Source of the DNA: Phoronis australis
Taxonomy: Eukaryota; Animalia; Phoronida
Assembly: GCA_002633005.1 (NCBI GenBank)
Contig: NMRA01000227.1
Location: forward strand, 587,435 to 651,434
DNA: 64,000 bases
Direction of reading: 5' to 3'
Part shown: in pieces, positions 59,301 through 64,000 of the stretch
Numbering within the stretch: position 1 is the stretch's first letter
Layout: each line of letters begins with the position of its first letter
Translations under genes and position numbers: made by a program
Notes under the pieces: model-generated
Databases searched by the model: none
What the model was told of the DNA's origin: nothing
The model's input: the letters and a program-made list of their open reading frames with translations, nothing else

Positions 59301-62300
59301 TGATACAACTGTCAAGTAATAAAAAATCTACGATGCTGAGATACTAAAATACTACCGTTTTCATTGATAATTTAGAAGTTTTGACTTGTTTCACATTATG
59401 TAGCAATAAATATGTCAATCTCGAATGGGGATGGAAATATAGATCACAAACACTTTCAAGACTGGTCTGCACACCACCTGTTGGCCACATCACATGACCT
59501 AATGAACATAAGTCTGAAAAGATTTCTGCTCTCTAGCGGGACTCGAACCGTTGAGCCACAGTATAATTGGATTTCTGTGTTTGACTGTTGATCCTGGTGG
59601 ATCAGTGGTTAGAGCGTCTGCACGGTTCGAGTCCCGCTAGAGGGCAGAAATCTTTTCAGACTTATGTTCATTAGGTCAGGCGATGTGGCCAACAGGTGGA
59701 GTGTAGACCAGACTTCAAAATGCTCGTGATAATGTAGCAATTTTGTTTAAACAACTGAATCTCACACTAGTTGTTTATGGTTAAAGATAGCCAAAGTATG
59801 AGTGTTAAGTGAGTATCATCTGGGCCAGTCAAGGAGAGACAGAGTGGAAATGCTTAAGGCTGCTGTTTGCTATACTCAGCCGCGTCATCTAAACCCCTAC
59901 ATGACTCTTTTACATTGCCAATAAAGTAATCATACTACAAAAAGAACTTTAATATTTTGACATACACTGTGGGAAAATAGACCATACCAATTTTATCCCA
60001 GACTGTTTTAGCCTTTTCCCTGATTTCTGCTAGGTCTTGCAGTAACTCAGCGTGGTTCATATGTTGTTCTTTCCCTTGATTGACTAACTGACCAGTAGCA
60101 TTATCTGCACAGACACGATGAAATACATAAATCAAATAGTTGCTGGAATACCATGCAGTTGCCGATGGATAAAAATATAAAATAGTAAAACTAGTAAAAA
60201 TAAAACTAATTTTACTATGATAAAATACAACATATTACAGCCTATCAAGACACTCACAACAGAAGACATGTGTAACAAAACATTCACGCAATCAAAAATT
60301 CTACAGAATCACTAGGAAACCTTTTGGAAAAAGAGGTTTTTTTAGGAACTTGTATTTGCACAAGCAGAGCCCTCATTCAGGCGTGGGTGTCTAACACATG
60401 CCGTAAGATGCTGCTTTCAATTTGTTGCCTACAGAACAGAAGTCTTACGAGTCTTCTGTGGACAAATTTGAAAAGGCCTTTCAAAGATAAAAGTAAAAAG
60501 TATATTTTTGACATCTTTCCTACATTTTCCACATGTACCAGCATGCAAAACATTAGAAGAAGAGTCCCCATGGTGGCATCTTCAGTGAGAGAGCTCTTTC
60601 CGATAACCAAGTTTGAAATTTTTGTATCACTCCAAAATTTAATTTTCAGAAAGAAATGTACATTGATTTTCAGCCTGAAAAAAATAAAATATCAGTATTA
60701 AACTACAAATATTTTAAAATGCATGAGAGAGGGTTGTCTGTATTAAACAGGGCTTGGAATGACCCATGACAAAAAAGCGGAAATGAGTGGGCTCAAATTT
60801 TTGTCGATGTGGACCTTTTGCCGACAAAACATCGGGAGGACTATAAAAAAAAGGTAACATCTCCAGAAGCTCATCCGTCCACTCCCACCTCCACACATTT
60901 TTGGCTGCAGAGTCGTAGTATTTGTCACCGCGGTTTACAATCTCACAAGAAGCCATTGAAGAAAACCATGCTATCCCAGGTGCCCCGGCAATGATGACAA
61001 TTTACATTCCTCCGAAACATGAAGAGCAATCTCCGCTTTTCGAGGTGAAAGTCGTCGGCAATGCCGCGGTAAGAAAGAAATTTGCCGTGGAAATTTTACA
61101 TCAAATTTGATTTTTTTTTACGCGGAAATATAATAAAATACGCGGACAGAACATGTGAAAAAAGCAGAAATCCACATTTCCGTGGAAAATTCCAAGCCCT
61201 GATTAAAATCCAAAATAAATGTATACGACACCATGAAACACGCTTAATGAATGCGTCTTGCATAATTACAAAGCCTGTCTTTATTACCTAACCTAACTTT
61301 TATTTGCTCTGTCAGGTTGGCCAGCTCAGTATGTCCAGCCGCTATGAGAGCTTTCTCCTTGTACAGTTCACGCAGGTTGTTGGAGATGAAGTTACTGATT
61401 CTGGCCTGGGTGCTGCGTAGGACCTCCTGCCTTGCCATGAGGTCCTGTTGGCCTTCCACCATACGTTGAACAGTGCTGGTGTGAAGTGCTTGGATGTTGG
61501 ACTGACTTTCCTAAATAAATAATGTGAAACATGCCATGAGTTTAACATACGGTGCAGAATATGTCTCATACATTACAAGTACCACTTCCCCCTACTACGG
61601 TGCAGAATATGTCACATACAATACAAGTACCACCTCCCCATACACAGTTTCATCTTCACATGAAAGCTGTTTTCACGATCAGAAAACAACCTAGTCTATC
61701 ATGAAGCGTTCTCGTGAGTTTTTGTTAGAACCCACAAGAAGGAACTACCTTCATCTACACGGATCAAACTTGAAAGAATTAGTAAACATAAATGCACCCT
61801 TTGAAAAATATGCTGACTGCAGTGGTTATCAGAGCTACCTTAAGAGTGATGTAATTCNGAAGGAACTACCTTCATCTACACGGATCAAACTTGAAAGAAT
61901 TAGTAAACATAAATGCACCCTTTGAAAAATATGCTGACTGCAGTGGTTATCAGAGCTACCTTAAGAGTGATGTAATTCCAAACTTGACATGAAGTGGGAA
62001 TCTGTCAAACAAACTCACACTAAGCTCAGATTAACCAATGAAAAATTAAGATCCTTTACCTCCTGCATGTTGGTTTTGGTTATAAGTACCTCTAATTTCT
62101 CCATGGCAGATAGTTGTTCCTCAGTAGATAGTACCAGTCTGTTCACACTTTGCTCTGTCTGCATGCGGAAATGTTGTTGTTTTACTGTGTAGCACATTGC
62201 CCGTGCTCGATTACTCACAATCTGGTAGGCATTCCATGTCACTGCGTCCATATCTGCTGTACATTCAGCGATAGTCTGCATAGTAGACACAAAAACATTT

Positions 62301-63776
62301 AACTTATTACGGATTCTTAGAAACAGGAAAACAAAGAAGAAGGAATGCCTTAGGATATCAACAATTTACAATATTATTTTTACCATGATACCTTCAATTA
62401 AGTTATATGAACTATATTGCCAGCTTTTTTGAAAACTACAGAACTGTTCCCTTATCAAAGTAAATCGAGAACCCATGTTGTTCAGTGTTTCCCCTGCATG
62501 TATACTTCTGAGCCACCCGCCATGCGTGTTTTTGGCCCAACCACTCCTAATCTTGCCCAAATTGACCGTTGCACACCTAATCCTGACAAGAAACTTCACC
62601 GCTACGTAAAAATTGCTAACAAGAAAGAAAAACAAATACACAAGTTACATGGCAACTGTCGATGTTTTTGATTCGAATGGGGAAAACAGCAATTAAATAT
62701 GTGATTTTGAAATTTCCCGATTGTTAAACATAATCCTTTAATCCCCTTCTTTCATGGGGTTTGCTTAGTGACCTGACCAACATTTGGTACTGCCTGGTTG
62801 TCTGACAATGCACGGCACATGAATAGTCAGGGACCAGGCATCAACCATGACATTTAGTCTTCTAAAATGGCAAAGCACCAGTGAACACTTATGAAATGGT
62901 GGAGAAACGGTAAATGTATTTATCTTATTGTGTTCACTTTTGCAAAAGAGGTCGTACAACAATGTGAATCATATAGTTAAATGAACCATAGACTGGTCTA
63001 GTTATCTCAGAAGTTGTCTGTGTTGAATGGATAAATCGGTTAAGGTCAATCAAAATGATTTACATTGAGCAAGAAAACGATAAAAATGGAGGTTTCATTA
63101 TATACGCCAGTTAATCAGGTCTAAACAGTTCAAATATTTTTATGTTCAATGTAGGTGCCCAGAGCTGGAGAACTCAATTTGAGCAACTAGTCTGAAGCCC
63201 TGTCCGCTTCCTAATGCAACTTGATTGGTGACTGAAATATGCTAAAATGATACTAAACTCTTCATACAAAGACACCACACAATGGCACTTCATTACGGCG
63301 CCGAACTCTGCATTAGCTGCAATCAATCACCACCACACTCTTTTCGAAGCCCAGGCAATGGGGGGATCCCATTTCCCATACCCGCACGCGCAACGGGTTA
63401 CAATGGGACCATTCATTCGCCTGCTCCTTTACAAACCCAGGGGAAACACTGAAGTTTATATAAATTTAGTAAATACATTCATGCAACGAAAACAATCATT
63501 AAGTGATTAATCAAACAGGCTTACGTTCAGGTCTGAATCTCCTTGAATAAATTAATGGAACTACTTATGGAAAGCAGATGATTTCTGTGCTAAGAGATTA
63601 CGCAACAAAAATAAGGGCTTTAATATTTTTATCAACTTTTACTCTACCATTTCTGAAGTGCAGGGAAATGTCTTCCTGTTTTCAGTTTCAGATTGGCAGT
63701 TGAGTAACTGGACAGAAACTTTACCCATTTCTTCTTCTGTCAAATCCGAGCAGCTGGTCCTAAGTTGGGCAATGAT
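56153..63776 (-). CDS. bmb: Protein brambleberry-like (KAR5/GEX1/BMB family), last 10 exons, 529 aa visible; 5' exons outside window
   Basis: Cys-rich domain SCSDLTEEEMGKVSVQLLNCQSETENRKTFPC..IAECTADMDAVTWNAYQIVSNRARAMC, coiled coils, TM segments and C-terminal CxxxTKxGxxC..C..H; all exons join in frame with GT-AG introns. Confidence 0.9.
56777..56839. repeat. Tandem repeat 21 bp x3
   Basis: AAGCAATATTAATACAAGTAC x3. Confidence 0.9.
56883..57040 (-). CDS. bmb: brambleberry exon (PPTPSRSS..FNGTDNK)
   Basis: TTCCAG acceptor, AAG|GTATTG donor, phase 1 to 0. Confidence 0.7.
57421..57528 (-). CDS. bmb: brambleberry exon (DRSMSEETV..LANFK)
   Basis: TTTATCTAG acceptor, G|GTATTA donor. Confidence 0.7.
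57858..57920 (-). CDS. bmb: brambleberry small exon (LYNFLLSPTKSPHNEDVVKR)
   Basis: CTCCAG acceptor, G|GTAATT donor, 63 nt phase 1-1; could be skipped without frameshift. Confidence 0.5.
57965..58120. repeat. Degenerate ~38-bp tandem repeat
   Basis: CAA.GACTGTAAGACA.TGGGTGATAAGTCATTGCACA-like units, about 4 copies. Confidence 0.6.
58393..58599 (-). CDS. bmb: brambleberry exon encoding transmembrane segments
   Basis: Hydrophobic AIVTTILLHMGYFLLAAITATFL..LTLLIIVPVNA..; splice sites fit. Confidence 0.85.
59084..59263 (-). CDS. bmb: brambleberry exon (coiled coil to WLSDWVGGA)
   Basis: TTTTAG acceptor, G|GTATGT donor. Confidence 0.85.
59408..59731. mobile_element. Head-to-head pair of tRNA-derived SINE-like sequences forming a 109-bp-arm inverted repeat
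   Basis: 59443-59551 is the near-perfect reverse complement of 59622-59730; A-box TGGATCAGTGG and B-box GGTTCGAGTCC; flanked by direct repeat ATGTAGCAAT (59398-59407, 59732-59741). Confidence 0.75.
59988..60104 (-). CDS. bmb: brambleberry exon (NATGQLV..TVWDKI)
   Basis: TGCAG acceptor, G|GTATGG donor. Confidence 0.85.
60748..61201 (-). mobile_element. hAT-like deletion derivative with 13-bp TIR and 6-bp TSD ATTAAA
   Basis: CAGGGCTTGGAAT...ATTCCAAGCCCTG; ATTAAA on both sides; retains a transposase-like N-terminal peptide MASCEIVNRGDKYYDSAAKNVWRWEW on the minus strand from 60956. Confidence 0.8.
61288..61510 (-). CDS. bmb: brambleberry exon (ESQSNIQ..NLRELYKEKALIAAGH..VRL)
   Basis: TTTATTTAG acceptor, G|GTAATA donor. 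Confidence 0.85.
61738..61978. other. Exact 120-bp duplication around a single N (probable contig-join artefact)
   Basis: 61738-61857 repeated at 61859-61978 with n at 61858. Confidence 0.85.
62090..62275 (-). CDS. bmb: brambleberry exon (TIAECTADMD..AMEKLE)
   Basis: ATGCAG acceptor; donor GAG|GTACTT (alternative in-frame donor would end the exon at 62060). Confidence 0.85.
63648..63776 (-). CDS. bmb: brambleberry exon (IIAQLRTSCSDLTEEEMGKVSVQLLNCQSETENRKTFPCTSEM)
   Basis: TTGTTACAG acceptor, ATG|GTAGAG donor; conserved Cys-rich domain; too short for the ORF track. Confidence 0.88.
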
Positions 63777-63866
63777 CTGTAACAACCAACGTGTATAGTT
63801 GAACAATATTACCCGAGTTCATTTTGAGGTTTCATAAAATGCAAGAATTAATGAAGAACCCATTTA

Positions 63867-64000
63867 GGGCTGTTCCAGCAAAATCTGTATGGGAGGGGGG
63901 GAAGGCACTTTTATTTCGTACCCACCGCCCATATTTTTCATTTATTTCTTCAACCCATGACCCATAATTTTTTAATTGTTTTTAATAGGTTAAAATATAA
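63867..64000. mobile_element. Left end of a probable Harbinger-type MITE
   Basis: TTA|GGGCTGTTCCAGCAAAA.. start; other end outside window. Confidence 0.35.

Noticed and set aside
59590-59645. Functional tRNA gene
   Set aside because: A and B boxes are present but the anticodon arm is missing and the sequence is part of an inverted repeat.
61738-61978. Biological tandem duplication
   Set aside because: Identical copies separated by a single N indicate an unmerged contig overlap.

Overview
AT-rich, intron-containing eukaryotic (animal, probably lophotrochozoan/mollusc-like; inference) genomic DNA, not prokaryotic; most short ORFs in the supplied track are spurious. I reconstruct: (1) a probable last exon of an upstream gene (1287-1366); (2) a 5-exon, 573-aa secreted protein resembling bacterial DUF4434/DUF5109-type glycoside-hydrolase TIM barrels (8301-20502, +); (3) two CDS-intronless class-B/Methuselah-like GPCRs on the minus strand, one with a somatomedin-B/Cys-rich ectodomain (21540-23867) and one with almost no ectodomain (29136-30269); (4) a 1431-aa single-coding-exon disordered protein with tandem PP1-docking RVxF motifs, a Q/H/Y/P-rich region and a PDZ-type C-terminus (49363-53658, +); (5) the last 10 exons of brambleberry (KAR5/GEX1/BMB nuclear-membrane fusion family; 56153-63776, -). 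Intergenic and intronic DNA holds several non-autonomous DNA transposon families (CAG/CAT-terminal with 5- or 6-bp TSDs; Harbinger-like with TAA/TTA), a decayed LINE, a head-to-head tRNA-derived inverted repeat, minisatellites, one N gap and an assembly duplication. All homology calls are from motif recognition by eye; no searches were run.
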